A DNA stretch of 64,000 bases from Candidatus Poribacteria bacterium (GTDB lineage: Bacteria; Poribacteria; WGA-4E; PCPOR2b). Positions 53,240 through 63,810 of this stretch are shown here, in pieces. The position numbers were made by a program, and so were the translations under genes. The notes under the pieces are model-generated. The model saw only the letters and a list, made by a program, of their open reading frames with translations, ran no database searches and was not told the DNA's origin. The DNA is taken from positions 480,001-544,000 of the forward strand of contig OZ240245.1 in the NCBI GenBank assembly GCA_965198175.1, written 5' to 3'. How positions within the stretch are numbered: position 1 is the first letter of the stretch; every line of letters starts with the position of its first letter.

Positions 53240-53701
53240 TCACTCTAACCTTGGTTCCAATGTCCATCCTTTTTCCGATGCAAGTTCGGCAAGAAGGTAT
53301 GTTAGTAATTCAAATGCTCGCCTTTTCTGGTTATTCGATACACAAACGCCAAGATTTGCAAAAATTATCGAGTGAGCAGGATTTTTTGGAGTGGGGTCAT
53401 AGATAATATCTAGGTCAATAACGAGCTCCTTATCGTGCACTTTGGTTGTCACTTCTTTTGATGCGCGAACATCGCGTGCTGTCAGACTAACAATCCCATC
53501 CGTTTCGCTTAACCGAGAGAGGGAGGGGTCATCTCTTAGTTTTGCCCTATCAACCGACGGCTTAAAATTTCTATCGGAGAAAGCTTTAGCACTTAAATTA
53601 AGATTTCCTTGTTTGTCGAGATAATACTCGTCATCTTCCAATCTGCCTCGTACGCTGCGATAAAGTTCCTCGTCATCCTTCACGTAGTAGTTGTTATCCA
53701 T
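53240..53701 (-). CDS. Small ART/RES-like protein (putative toxin)
   Basis: ELYRSV...AFSDR..PSVDR...DP...NPAHSII; overlaps the upstream gene. Confidence 0.6.
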   Translation of the reverse strand: MDNNYYVKDDEELYRSVRGRLEDDEYYLDKQGNLNLSAKAFSDRNFKPSVDRAKLRDDPSLSRLSETDGIVSLTARDVRASKEVTTKVHDKELVIDLDIIYDPTPKNPAHSIIFANLGVCVSNNQKRRAFELLTYLLAELASEKGWTLEPRLE

Positions 53702-54485
53702 AAAGAAACCATTCCCAGATTGTGAGATAGTCTTTGCTGTGAAGTGTTTCTAGACTCAATTTGATCTCACCATTCTGTCGCCATACTTTAACATATACCG
53801 CTTCGTCATCTTCGATTTTGAGATGAAGCTTCCGTACTTCTCCGTACCATGCAAATGTGATGTATCCGTCTTGATCGCTAGATGTCAGCGGCGTGTCACA
53901 CGCATACCCTTCAGAAATGACAACATCAAAAAATTTATCCATAATGGCTCTTGCATTACTTAAAGCTAGCACGCTTGGTTTCTTGGATTCGCGCCCATCC
54001 CAGTTATCTTCTCGTTTAGCAATAACGGCAAATCGCTCTGACAATTCAGCCAAGATGTCATTCTTGAGGTTGTGTTCCGAGTCTTTTTCTGTAGTCAGAG
54101 AATTCGTTATCAAACAAGTTGGATAGAATGCCCTGATGAGTTTCGATTGTGTGCCGATATAACGTTGCACAAGATGCCAATATGTTGGAAAATCAGTAAA
54201 GCTGACTATATCTACATCTGCAACAGGGAGCTCTGTTACCAACCAATGTGCAGAGTATTTTTCGCTGTCTTCTTGTTGAACTATGAAATCTTTTTTAATA
54301 TATTTCCTAATGTTTTCATGGTAGGTTCTACGGTTGAGCATGTGCCACGTACCCTTATCCTGTTCAACCGATTCTGATATATTAGGTCTAACTACCCTAA
54401 TATATTCTTGGTATCGGGTAAACTTGCCTAATGAAAGAAATCCTGTGTCGAGCTGAGCCGTAGCGGAAATACTTTCGTCTAGCAT
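53694..54485 (-). CDS. Hypothetical protein (NWDG...DGYITFAW family), middle gene of cassette
   Basis: Overlaps both neighbours; EDNWDGRESKKPS, DQDGYITFAW. Confidence 0.7.
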   Translation of the reverse strand: MLDESISATAQLDTGFLSLGKFTRYQEYIRVVRPNISESVEQDKGTWHMLNRRTYHENIRKYIKKDFIVQQEDSEKYSAHWLVTELPVADVDIVSFTDFPTYWHLVQRYIGTQSKLIRAFYPTCLITNSLTTEKDSEHNLKNDILAELSERFAVIAKREDNWDGRESKKPSVLALSNARAIMDKFFDVVISEGYACDTPLTSSDQDGYITFAWYGEVRKLHLKIEDDEAVYVKVWRQNGEIKLSLETLHSKDYLTIWEWFLYG

Positions 54486-55270
54486 GACTCTCTCCCCCAG
54501 AACCGATCTTGGGTTTCATCGCTTATGAGATTTGAAAAAAGTCGAACAATTTCCCCATGGGCAATGTCAAACCACTCTCGCATCGGCTCATACGGTTCGT
54601 TACTTTGTGCGGTGAACTCCATACGAATAAGTTGTCGAGCGTCGGATCGTCGGTGAACAGTCTGAATGGTCAATTGTAATTGCCCAAAATCATTTGGCAG
54701 ACTAAACAACATTTGCCATTGAAATTCTCTTAGGTGCCCTAGCGGTGCATCTTGGACATTTTGCGAGACGAGATTGGGGAACATCTCTCCCAAATTATTG
54801 AGCGATTCCCAACCTTCATGCTGTAAAATGTGGTCGAAATATGTTATCTCGTATTGCTTCGGAATAAGATCTTCCAACTTCTCCTCAACGAGAAATTCTT
54901 TGAAACGTGACAGATAATTCTCAAAGTTTTCTACCACTCTTTCATAACCTGGATATTCATCATCGGGGCGTCTCTTGCGCCAGTTATGAATGAATCGATT
55001 GAACTGTACTTGGACAACTTCGTTCACATCTTTGTGCACGAACCAAACCCGCGAAGGTAGGACCTGATTTCTTCTCTTCAAGTCCTCCTCAGATACAGGT
55101 TCAAGGGGGCTGTGTTCTTCAATTTTGGGAAAATCAGGTCTGAATTTCTGCCATAGCATGCCGAATTGCCCTGTGTGTAACCCCTGGATTGGATTGAAAA
55201 TGATACCGCAAACAATCTCATGTATGGGAGGGTTCTGATATTTAATGGCTGATGGTGCTGTTGTTTCCAT
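54479..55270 (-). CDS. TIGR04255-family protein
   Basis: YQNPPIHEIVCGIIF, RVWFV, QVQFNRFIHNWRK, YPGYE, WFDIAHGEIVRLF. Confidence 0.85.
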   Translation of the reverse strand: METTAPSAIKYQNPPIHEIVCGIIFNPIQGLHTGQFGMLWQKFRPDFPKIEEHSPLEPVSEEDLKRRNQVLPSRVWFVHKDVNEVVQVQFNRFIHNWRKRRPDDEYPGYERVVENFENYLSRFKEFLVEEKLEDLIPKQYEITYFDHILQHEGWESLNNLGEMFPNLVSQNVQDAPLGHLREFQWQMLFSLPNDFGQLQLTIQTVHRRSDARQLIRMEFTAQSNEPYEPMREWFDIAHGEIVRLFSNLISDETQDRFWGRESC

Positions 55271-55619
55271 TGTTTACTCGTACAAGAAGAATTATAACTA
55301 TATACTAAACAATCAGAATATTATATACAGTAAAGCATAAATGTCAAGCAAATTATGTCAAGTTTTTTTTCATCTGAATTCACACTTTGTGCCATAGTTT
55401 GTTGCATCACATATGCCATGATGCTCATTTTTTTTCAGATTACATGAAATCAACATCTCATGCAAACGCTCAGAGAGGTCGGTTTACAGCCCGCACAAAG
55501 CTCCCATATTTGTCACAGGAGCGTTAATTTTGGCTAAATACAGATGCCTTAAAAATTGCTGAGAATAGCCCTGTTTCCCCTGTACTGGAAGGTTTATCAA
55601 CATGGGATATATCACTAAG

Positions 55620-56063
55620 AGATTTGGTGTTGGAAAACCACAAAAACGGGAACGGGGAACGGAAAAAGGCTAAAGTTATCGGAGTAATTGAGCGGGGTGG
55701 AAGGGTTGTTGCTACAGTAGTTTCTGATTTGTCAGGTTCACAGATATTTAAGTTCATCACTAAACCTGTAAAAGTTAAAGAATCTGAGCTAATGTCTGAT
55801 GAATGGAGAGGGTAACTGTCAACCAAATCTATAATGCCGCATAGTGTGATTAAACATCAAGAGCGAAAATATGTTGACAGGGATATTCATACAAACACGA
55901 TTTAGGGATTCTGTGGTCGTTACTAAAGAGAGGTAAAAACGGGCTACATCATCATTACAGCAAAAAATATGCGCCGCTTTATATTGCTAGGGCGTGTTAT
56001 AAATACAATCGCAGGAAAGATGGAGATCTGTTCTATAAGTTTATGAGAGGTTGTTTTGGGTGA
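55620..56063 (+). pseudogene. Degenerate IS1595-family transposase remnant
   Basis: VIGVIERGGRV, ELMSDEW, MPHSVIKH, IHTNTI* with stops and frameshifts; related to 26552-27436. Confidence 0.85.
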
Positions 56064-56188
56064 TAAAAAAGGGGATAATTTACAATGGTATAATTCCCGA
56101 CAAAAAATCCAGAGATATAATTCTCTGGCTTATGTTTCAGTAGTGGTGACATAAATTGGTAATTTGTTTTATGTAATGACTTCCCTTG

Positions 56189-56401
56189 TTATGTTAACTC
56201 TGTTCCATCATTTAGTACGAACTCATCAAATGTGGTAAGTGAGTCTGTATTCTCGTGTGCTTTTGACTTTTGTTCTTCTAGAGCTTTGAGAAGTAAAAAA
56301 GGTTCAGTAGACAAAAAACTGCCTGTAGCAAGGGTGTACGTACATTCGATTATTGGTTTCTGTACAATGCGTAGGGACTTAACTTCCACTATTTGTGACA
56401 T
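56189..56401 (-). CDS. Small hypothetical protein (MSQIVEV...)
   Basis: GAGGAGG SD at the end of the upstream gene. Confidence 0.45.
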   Translation of the reverse strand: MSQIVEVKSLRIVQKPIIECTYTLATGSFLSTEPFLLLKALEEQKSKAHENTDSLTTFDEFVLNDGTELT

Positions 56402-56402
56402 T

Positions 56403-57210
56403 TTATTCCTCCTCAATAATGCTGCGCCCAAGTGGTTTTTTATAAATCCACTGGAATCCATCAAATGGAGTGACAAGAGCAATATCAATATGCCCTCCAA
56501 CTGTAGGCATTGTCCGAGAAAATCGCTGGTGTTCAATCGTTGTATGAATTAAAAACTCAGCATAGTCAATTGCATCTTGTAAAGCAAAACTACTAAAATT
56601 GGCTTGACTAGCAGGATTTTGTTTATATAAATTCCAGATAGCATGAACAATTTCATTGTTACCTGAAAATCCACATCCTACATAACTCAGTTTCTCTACA
56701 TTCAACATTACGCCCGATATTAACTTCAAATATTTTTGGGTCGGTACCATCATAACCAACAACTTGAGCTCCTAGAGGGAAACTGTTTGGCGATAATGTT
56801 TCTAAAGGCACATTCTCTTGTTTTAACTGTTTTATAAGGAGCTTATAGATTTCATCCCCAATTACCTTAGAAACTTCTGTAACATTTGTGGGCTTATACA
56901 TGTCCCCATTTAACACCCGATGTTCAAGTGAACGAATCGCAAAGTAAATGGATTTTCCAGCTACCAAGCCCATACCAAATGTACCAATGCCAAAGTTCTT
57001 GCAGAAAGGAAATACCTTTTGAGCATATGAGAACGTTGTCATTGGGACAGGAGGCAATGGTACATTATGTTGGATTTCATGCTGATGCTGACATTTTGGA
57101 CATGTTACATCGCTCGTACCTTGAAACTCAGTTTGTCCTATCATTGTTGATAGGCTATCCCCAGCAATTACAATACCATCAGGTACTATAAGGGAAACAA
57201 TTAGTGTCAT
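56403..57210 (-). pseudogene. Proteasome-like Ntn peptidase, frameshifted near 56690
   Basis: MTLIV...DGIVIAGDS N-terminus with Thr nucleophile; the GCGFSG...LQDAIDYAEFLI...TVGGHIDIA half is in another frame. Confidence 0.7.
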
Positions 57211-57349
57211 AATCTTAACGCCTTTTACTCGATTTCACCATCGCTGGTATCAAACCGCCCACCCGTTAGTAGTGTGAACAGTCTACTATATCATTATACA
57301 CAGTTAAAAAAGACATTTCAAGGAAATGATGTCTTTTTCTCATAAAACA

Positions 57350-58393
57350 TAGGAGTTACGCATTTGGTTGAAGCGTAAAAAGAGGCTGCACCAAATAATC
57401 ACGGACAGCCTTTCTGACAATTGAGAGTTTTGCTTCAAACCAACTGGTGCCGGTATGATAACAGTAATGCTCAATTCTCAGAAAGGCTCTCAGCGCTAAA
57501 CCGATATGATTGCTTTGAGTGCGAGTCGACCGCACTTGTGCCCGTTCGACGCCAACGAATTGCTTAATGCCACGATGATATTCTTCTATTGCCCAAGACC
57601 ATTCCGTATATTTGAGACGTGTTAACTCGTTCATGTGTAAGTCGTTCGTTGCCCAATATTCAATGTCACCTTCTGGAGTGTCCACCTTGAATACCAAAAT
57701 CAATCCATAACCCTTAAGATGAACAATCGTACCCGTTGATTCAATCGGCACTGTACTTACAGGACGATTACCGGAATAATCTTTACTGACCCGTCGGTTG
57801 GCAGCTAGACGAGTCAGCCATCTCCAACCATAATCTCGGACGGCTTTTAGATTCTCTAGGCTAGCATACCAACTATCAAAGCAAAGACATTCGGGAACAA
57901 AGCCACGGTTCTTCGCTTCCGTCAGCATTGCACGGAAATGGTCATTTTTCGTCAAGCCGTCCTTGGCTTTGTTATAGATTCGATAATCACATGGAATATG
58001 TCTATCGCCATTCGTCCAAAGCAAAGTGATTAGGTTAATGCCATGCACAACTCGATGGTGTTTCCCCGACCAGTGTTTTGTCACTAGGTCAATCTTTTGG
58101 GAATAAGGTTTATCTAGGGTCGAATCATCTATAACTAGAATTCCTGATTTCAATTTCACCTGACTTTTTGATTCGTGCCACAGTTTGCCGGTATCGGGTT
58201 CATCTCGATGCAAAAGTCTGGTTATCGAATCATGAGCCGGTGAGTCATCAGTTTGGGGTTGAACCTTTTCTGCCTCAAGACAACTGTAACTTTTCTGAGT
58301 GCCAACCAAGAAATTGATATAGTCAATGTCATTATATTTCGATGGATTCATGCTCAAATTATAACCTATTTGCTCTCAACTGCGTAACTCCTA
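57350..58393 (-). mobile_element. Complete IS701-family element (transposase 57356-58357)
   Basis: LVIDDS, FDSWY, WAIEEYHRGIKQ; 13-bp TIR TAGGAGTTACGCA/TGCGTAACTCCTA; AAAACA direct repeat on both flanks. Confidence 0.93.
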
Positions 58394-58416
58394 AAAACAA
58401 TCAATTTATCTATATT

Positions 58417-59053
58417 CTAGTCCACACAAATCCACACAAAATTAACAGCATTCCAATCATCCGTGTAAAAGGAGATTGAAAGCATTCTCCCGTCCCATTT
58501 ATAAAGACCGACAAAATCTATAACTTCAAAATCGCTGTCTAAGTAAGACCCTATCACATCTCCGTCTGGTTCAACTGTGTAATAAGAGACATAAGTTTCA
58601 CCGTCAAGTGTTGTCGTCATTTTGTATCCGTCAATGACTAAATTTCCGCTTACTTCGGGTGGTGTTAGTTTAGTAACCCCCTCATCATTGCTCCAGAACT
58701 CAATCTCTACAAGCGTGTAGTTTCCCGATAGCTCACTATACAGTCTTTCTAAATCCTTATCAATTTCGGGTTCAACTATTGGCGTGTCATGTTCATGCTC
58801 AACAAATTTAGGCTGGTGTTCATGACTGATTAACTCATGAACATGTTCAATAAATTCGTGACTATGTTGATGCTCATGTGTTTCTAGTGGGTGTTTGTGT
58901 TCAGCTAATTCATGCTCATGTGTTTCTAGTGAGTGTTTGTGTTCAGCTAATTCATGCTCATGAGGCGCTTCGTCGTGTTCATGTTCGGTCAGCGGATGCT
59001 CATGGCTGCAACCCAAAAAAACAAACTAGAAAAATGACAGAAATAAACTTCAT
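58417..59053 (-). CDS. His/Glu-rich lipoprotein with lipocalin-like C-terminus; signal peptide out of frame at a T7 tract
   Basis: GGAGA SD and MKFISVIFLVC from 59053 join LGCSHEH only if one T is removed from the run at 59015-59021; 42-bp tandem repeat at 58870-58962. Confidence 0.7.
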
Positions 59054-59635
59054 TTTGTTCTCCTTTTCAAGGGTTAAATTACGCTTTACAGCGGTCATTT
59101 ACAGGATCAGATGATCGCCTTTGTACTGCCCTTTTGTCAAGGAGGAAACGTAGTTTAATTTTGATTTAAGCCACAAACTACCAGATGCATTCTAAAAAGC
59201 CGTGCAAGTTCCTCTTACTAAAGTTAAGCCTCCTCCCTATTTTTGTTAGTAGAAAACGGGTGGATAGTTGAAACAGGGGAAAATCTTACCACCTTGAGTT
59301 GTGATAGTCAACAGACAATAAAAATGATTTTTTACATCGGGGTTCGCTTAGGTGCTGTCGATTTGTCTATCGAATAGTAAAACCTAATCAACAAAACAAG
59401 CGCACCTGGGCGAGTGTAGACGGCTTGGATCGCCTCCTATTTATATCTCACTGTTACATATGAATAGGCGGGGAAATCTCAAAAGTATTCGATCTTGATG
59501 AATATCAGCGATCCTGAAAATTATTTTTAGACCGCCTCTCAGTTTTTTTCTTTTAATCGTATCTAACACCTTAGAACTCAGTTATAGACAGGATCTTTCA
59601 CCTATAATCTATCCGTTAATTCTTAGAAATTCCTC

Positions 59636-59665
59636 TTGACAATGGAGCACGCCAATCAGTATAAT
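59636..59665 (+). promoter_or_regulatory. sigma-70 promoter of tRNA-Gly
   Basis: TTGACA-18-TATAAT. Confidence 0.8.
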
Positions 59666-59679
59666 TTATCAATTTCCGT

Positions 59680-59751
59680 GCGGGTGTAGCTCAGCGGTAG
59701 AGCGTCAGCTTCCCAAGCTGAGGGCCGCGGGTTCAATTCCCGTCACCCGCT
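59680..59751 (+). tRNA. tRNA-Gly(CCC)
   Basis: GCGGGTG/CACCCGC acceptor stem, TCAGC-TTCCCAA-GCTGA anticodon arm, GTTCAATT T-loop; followed by TCA, so CCA is not encoded. Confidence 0.96.
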
Positions 59752-60132
59752 TCAACGATTTATAGAGGAAATAAAAAGCACCCGACTGATGGAATATCCC
59801 AGATTTGTGTTTTAACACCCAGAGGGATTTTTTATCGAGAGTGAGAAATTCCAACTTTTTTTATGAATTTCGTTGTAAACAATTTCATAGCGCGTTTAAG
59901 ACGCTCTTTGTGTCGGGTCAGTAGAATGAGTCTCTTTTCTGCCCCGAATCCGAAAATCGTGGATATTGTGTCCCTCGTTTTCGACATCGGTGCATCAGAC
60001 CTTGTCGGAGTGCCAAGGAATGACATGCCAATTTTGAAACCTGTGGAAGTCACACACCACAACAAACCGTGTTTTCTAGGCTGCGAGTTTTGATTCTCCA
60101 AAATTTCCGTAGCAAATACATTGAGGAAGCTA

Positions 60133-61254
60133 ATGGCTCAAGGTAACCGTCTAACAAAGGAAGAGATAGAACGAGATCAATTTGTTGAAACTGTCCTCAA
60201 ATCTTATAATTTTCTCAAGACACACTTAAAATCGATCATCATTGCTGCCGCGGTTCTGGTTGTCCTTGTGGCTGGAATTTCCATCTATTCGCAAGAACAA
60301 CAAGAGACACGTGCAGAAGCCTCTCTTGAGTTTGCGAAAGCTATTGAAAAATATCAAGAAGCAGAAGACAGTTGGTTAGATCTTGAGAAGCTCGAAACTA
60401 GCGGTGAGCAATTTCAGGCAGGAGGCGAGGCGTTTCAAGCTATTTTCCATAAATATTCTGGTACCTCGTTTGCTGATAAAGCGCGATACAACTATGCGAG
60501 AACCCTCTATTACCAAGAAGATTATGCGAGGGCAATAGAGCAATTTGAATCCATCAAGGAAAACCATCAATCGGATAATCAAATTCTTGCCTTGTATGCT
60601 CAGAAGGCGATGGGCAACTGTTATGAGCAGCAAAGTCAGTATGAAAAAGCGATTGAAATCTATAAAAATCTTCCAGATGTTCCTGTTACGATTCGCGAAC
60701 ACGCAATTGTGGATTTCCAGCTGAGCCAAGCACGTTGCTACGAGAAGCTCGATCGCCTTGATGATGCGGTAGCCATTTATAAAGATGTCATAGATCTCTT
60801 TCGTGAAAGTCTAGAGAAAGCCATCCAAGAGAAAAGTCGCGATTTCATTTTCGGACGGAACCTAACTCCCAGCGTGAAATCGCTGCTTGCGTCACTCCCA
60901 GAAGCCCCTAGCGTGGTGGGAACCGAAAAGCTAGAAAATGAAGGTGCTTATTACGAAGCCTTCGTTGCATACGCGGAAGCAGTTCATCGCTACAAAGTCA
61001 ATAAAGATATTCATCGCGGACTAACTAAGGCGTTACGCGAAGGTATTTATAACTTTGAGAAGAAAGCGGATGATTTTCTAAAAAACCTTCGAGATGCTCG
61101 TCGTTATGAATCAGAGGGGCAACAGAGCACGGCTTTGTACTATTACGATCAAGCTGTAAATCTTGATTTTGCGCCAAGTCGCAACCTCTACGAAACTGCT
61201 CGCTTCCATCACGATAGACTCCAACACACTGCAAAATCTGCTGACACAGACTAG
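60133..61254 (+). CDS. Membrane-anchored TPR protein (YfgM-like N-terminus)
   Basis: LTKEEIERDQFV, one TM segment, TPR helices. Confidence 0.8.
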   Translation: MAQGNRLTKEEIERDQFVETVLKSYNFLKTHLKSIIIAAAVLVVLVAGISIYSQEQQETRAEASLEFAKAIEKYQEAEDSWLDLEKLETSGEQFQAGGEAFQAIFHKYSGTSFADKARYNYARTLYYQEDYARAIEQFESIKENHQSDNQILALYAQKAMGNCYEQQSQYEKAIEIYKNLPDVPVTIREHAIVDFQLSQARCYEKLDRLDDAVAIYKDVIDLFRESLEKAIQEKSRDFIFGRNLTPSVKSLLASLPEAPSVVGTEKLENEGAYYEAFVAYAEAVHRYKVNKDIHRGLTKALREGIYNFEKKADDFLKNLRDARRYESEGQQSTALYYYDQAVNLDFAPSRNLYETARFHHDRLQHTAKSADTD

Positions 61255-61280
61255 TATCTCCGAGTAATGTTGGAAAAGCT

Positions 61281-63779
61281 ATGGTCGTCCATACAGAAAA
61301 AGTTCTAGAATATGATAAGTTGAAATCGCTGCTCAAGAAATACACCCTTTCTCAATTGGGCGCATTAAGAGTAGAGGAGCTAAAGCCGAGTCGTCAGATA
61401 GACGAGATTCGACAACAACAGAAGCTTTGTAGTGAAGCAAAGGCTTTGTATCAAACATCGAACGGTTTTCCACTAAGAGGATTACAGGATATTTCTCCTG
61501 TTCTCCGAAAGGTTGCGAAGCCTGGCGCGATTTTAGAAGCCGATCAACTCCTTGATGTCGGTCGTGTGGCACACGTTGCCCAGAACGTCAGACGAGGGTT
61601 AGCGAAAATCAATGCGAGCGACTTCCCGAACCTCTGCACAATCGTTAATAATCTTCCGACATTTGTCGAGCTGGCCAAATCTATCACCGACTGTATCAGT
61701 TCAGAAGGCGAAATTCTCGATCAAGCCAGTCCAACCTTGAGAAATATTCGACGGCAGTTGACAAACACCCGGGAAAAAATCCAGTCGAAACTAGAAACCA
61801 TCCTACGTTCTCCCCACCATCAGAAATCGCTCCAAGAAAACATCATCACCCTCCGAAACGATCGCTACGTCATTCCCATCAAACAAGACGCTAGAAGCCA
61901 TTTCCCAGGTATTGTTCAGGGGCAATCCACAAGTGGGGCAACTGTATTCATCGAACCTTTCAGTATTGTTGAACTCAACAACGCCTTGCATCAACTCGCG
62001 GAAGAAGAACGTCAAGAGGTTCGTCGGGTTTTATTTGTATTGAGTGAACAGGTTCGTGAGTGCGTAACCGGTTTAGAAGTGGCATTGGACATATTGGGTG
62101 AACTGGACTTCCTGGGTGCAAAGACACAATTAAGTCTTAATCTCAACGCGGTTGAACCCCTCCTCAACGCACGTGGGTTTGTGAAATTGATGTCAGCGAG
62201 ACATCCGTTACTTGAAGCGAATCTACAATTACAGGCCAGGAAGGGCAAAACGCTCAACCGACCGAATAGGGAGGGCGATAGTTTTCGAAGACTATCGCAG
62301 TCACTATCCGTTCCCTTGATCGTTCCCACCGATTTACACATCGGCGACTCATTTCATACGATTGTTATTACAGGACCGAACACAGGCGGAAAAACCGTCG
62401 TGCTCAAAACAATCGGTCTACTTACGCTCATGGCACAATCGGGACTGCACATCCCAGCGCGGAGTGGTAGTGAAATTGCTGTCTTTGACGATATTTTCGC
62501 AGATATTGGTGACGAGCAGAGTATCGAACAGAATCTGAGCACTTTTTCATCGCACATCACCAAGATTATTGAGATTTTAAAGCATCTTGAGCGAAGCGAC
62601 ATCCCTGATCGCAAATCGGAGAAGGGTGAGAAGTCGTTGGTGCTGCTGGACGAACTTGGTGCAGGTACAGACCCTACTGAGGGAGCAGCGCTAGGTATGG
62701 CGATTCTTGACCGGCTTGGTCAAAGTGGGGCTCGTACTATTGTAACGACCCATTATGGCGCCCTAAAAGCGCATGCCCATACCCAAGAAGGGATGGAGAA
62801 TGCTTCGATGGAGTTTAATTGGTTAACTTTAAGTCCTACCTATCGCCTTTTAATAGGTGTGCCTGGAAGTAGTAATGCGATTAAAATTGCCCAACGGTTG
62901 GGTATGCCCGACTCGATAACTTCTGAAGCAAAAGCATACATGGGAGATCGGCTAGTCGCCGTTGAGGACTTGATTGTTAGCATGCAAGAATCACAACGTG
63001 AACTTGAAGCTGAACGCGAAATTGTTCAGGGGAAAGTTCGAGCTGCTGAAACTATATATAAAAAACATGAAGCTCTCATCAGCCAATTTGAAGTAGAACG
63101 GGATGAACTGAAGCGAACGGCTGAAAAGGAGGCTTCCGAGATTCTCAAGAATGCGCGTAAACTAATTGAACGGACAATCGCAGATGTGCATAAGGAAAGC
63201 GCATCGAAAAAGAGTGTGCGCTCAGCTGTCACCCACATTGAGAATGCTCAGAAAGAACTCAAGGAGCGCCATCAGCCTAAGGAACAAGCTTTGACAGAAC
63301 CCCCACCGCTTCCAAAGATTCAGGTGGGAGATAAGGTTCGGCTCAAAGGACTGAATCAGTTTGGGGAGGTTGTATCAATTATAAAAAGCAGTAAGGCACC
63401 GTTAAAGGTCCGGGTTCGCAATATGCAGATGCAAGTCTCATACGATGAAATTGAGCTATGTCCGGAGGTCGGAAGCGATAACCCGAATCTAGCTCCTTCA
63501 GTATTAGATGTTCAACACCGAAAAGCAGGTGTTATCAAAACCGAACTAAATCTGCGAGGCAAAACAGTCAATGAGGCATTAGATGAGACTGATAAATATT
63601 TGGACGACGCTTTCCTCGCTGGTTTATCAAATGTGCGAATTATTCACGGCAAGGGCACCGGTGCGTTACGTGGTGCAATACAGAAATTGTTGTGCGAACA
63701 TCCTTTAGTTGTAGATTTTCAGGCAGCACCACTTAACGAAGGTGGTGCTGGCGTCACAAACATTATCCTGAAAGATTAG
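61281..63779 (+). CDS. mutS2: MutS2 endonuclease
   Basis: ITGPNTGGKT, DIGDEQSIEQNLSTFSSH, LDELGAGTDP, Smr domain LNLRG...IIHGKGTG. Confidence 0.97.
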   Translation: MVVHTEKVLEYDKLKSLLKKYTLSQLGALRVEELKPSRQIDEIRQQQKLCSEAKALYQTSNGFPLRGLQDISPVLRKVAKPGAILEADQLLDVGRVAHVAQNVRRGLAKINASDFPNLCTIVNNLPTFVELAKSITDCISSEGEILDQASPTLRNIRRQLTNTREKIQSKLETILRSPHHQKSLQENIITLRNDRYVIPIKQDARSHFPGIVQGQSTSGATVFIEPFSIVELNNALHQLAEEERQEVRRVLFVLSEQVRECVTGLEVALDILGELDFLGAKTQLSLNLNAVEPLLNARGFVKLMSARHPLLEANLQLQARKGKTLNRPNREGDSFRRLSQSLSVPLIVPTDLHIGDSFHTIVITGPNTGGKTVVLKTIGLLTLMAQSGLHIPARSGSEIAVFDDIFADIGDEQSIEQNLSTFSSHITKIIEILKHLERSDIPDRKSEKGEKSLVLLDELGAGTDPTEGAALGMAILDRLGQSGARTIVTTHYGALKAHAHTQEGMENASMEFNWLTLSPTYRLLIGVPGSSNAIKIAQRLGMPDSITSEAKAYMGDRLVAVEDLIVSMQESQRELEAEREIVQGKVRAAETIYKKHEALISQFEVERDELKRTAEKEASEILKNARKLIERTIADVHKESASKKSVRSAVTHIENAQKELKERHQPKEQALTEPPPLPKIQVGDKVRLKGLNQFGEVVSIIKSSKAPLKVRVRNMQMQVSYDEIELCPEVGSDNPNLAPSVLDVQHRKAGVIKTELNLRGKTVNEALDETDKYLDDAFLAGLSNVRIIHGKGTGALRGAIQKLLCEHPLVVDFQAAPLNEGGAGVTNIILKD

Positions 63780-63810
63780 ACACAGGGCCGAATAAAGTTG
63801 GTGGGTTGAG

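Noticed and set aside
50200..59751. Island integrated at the tRNA-Gly 3' end
   Set aside because: The island lies 5' of the tRNA; I found no duplicated tRNA end and no integrase
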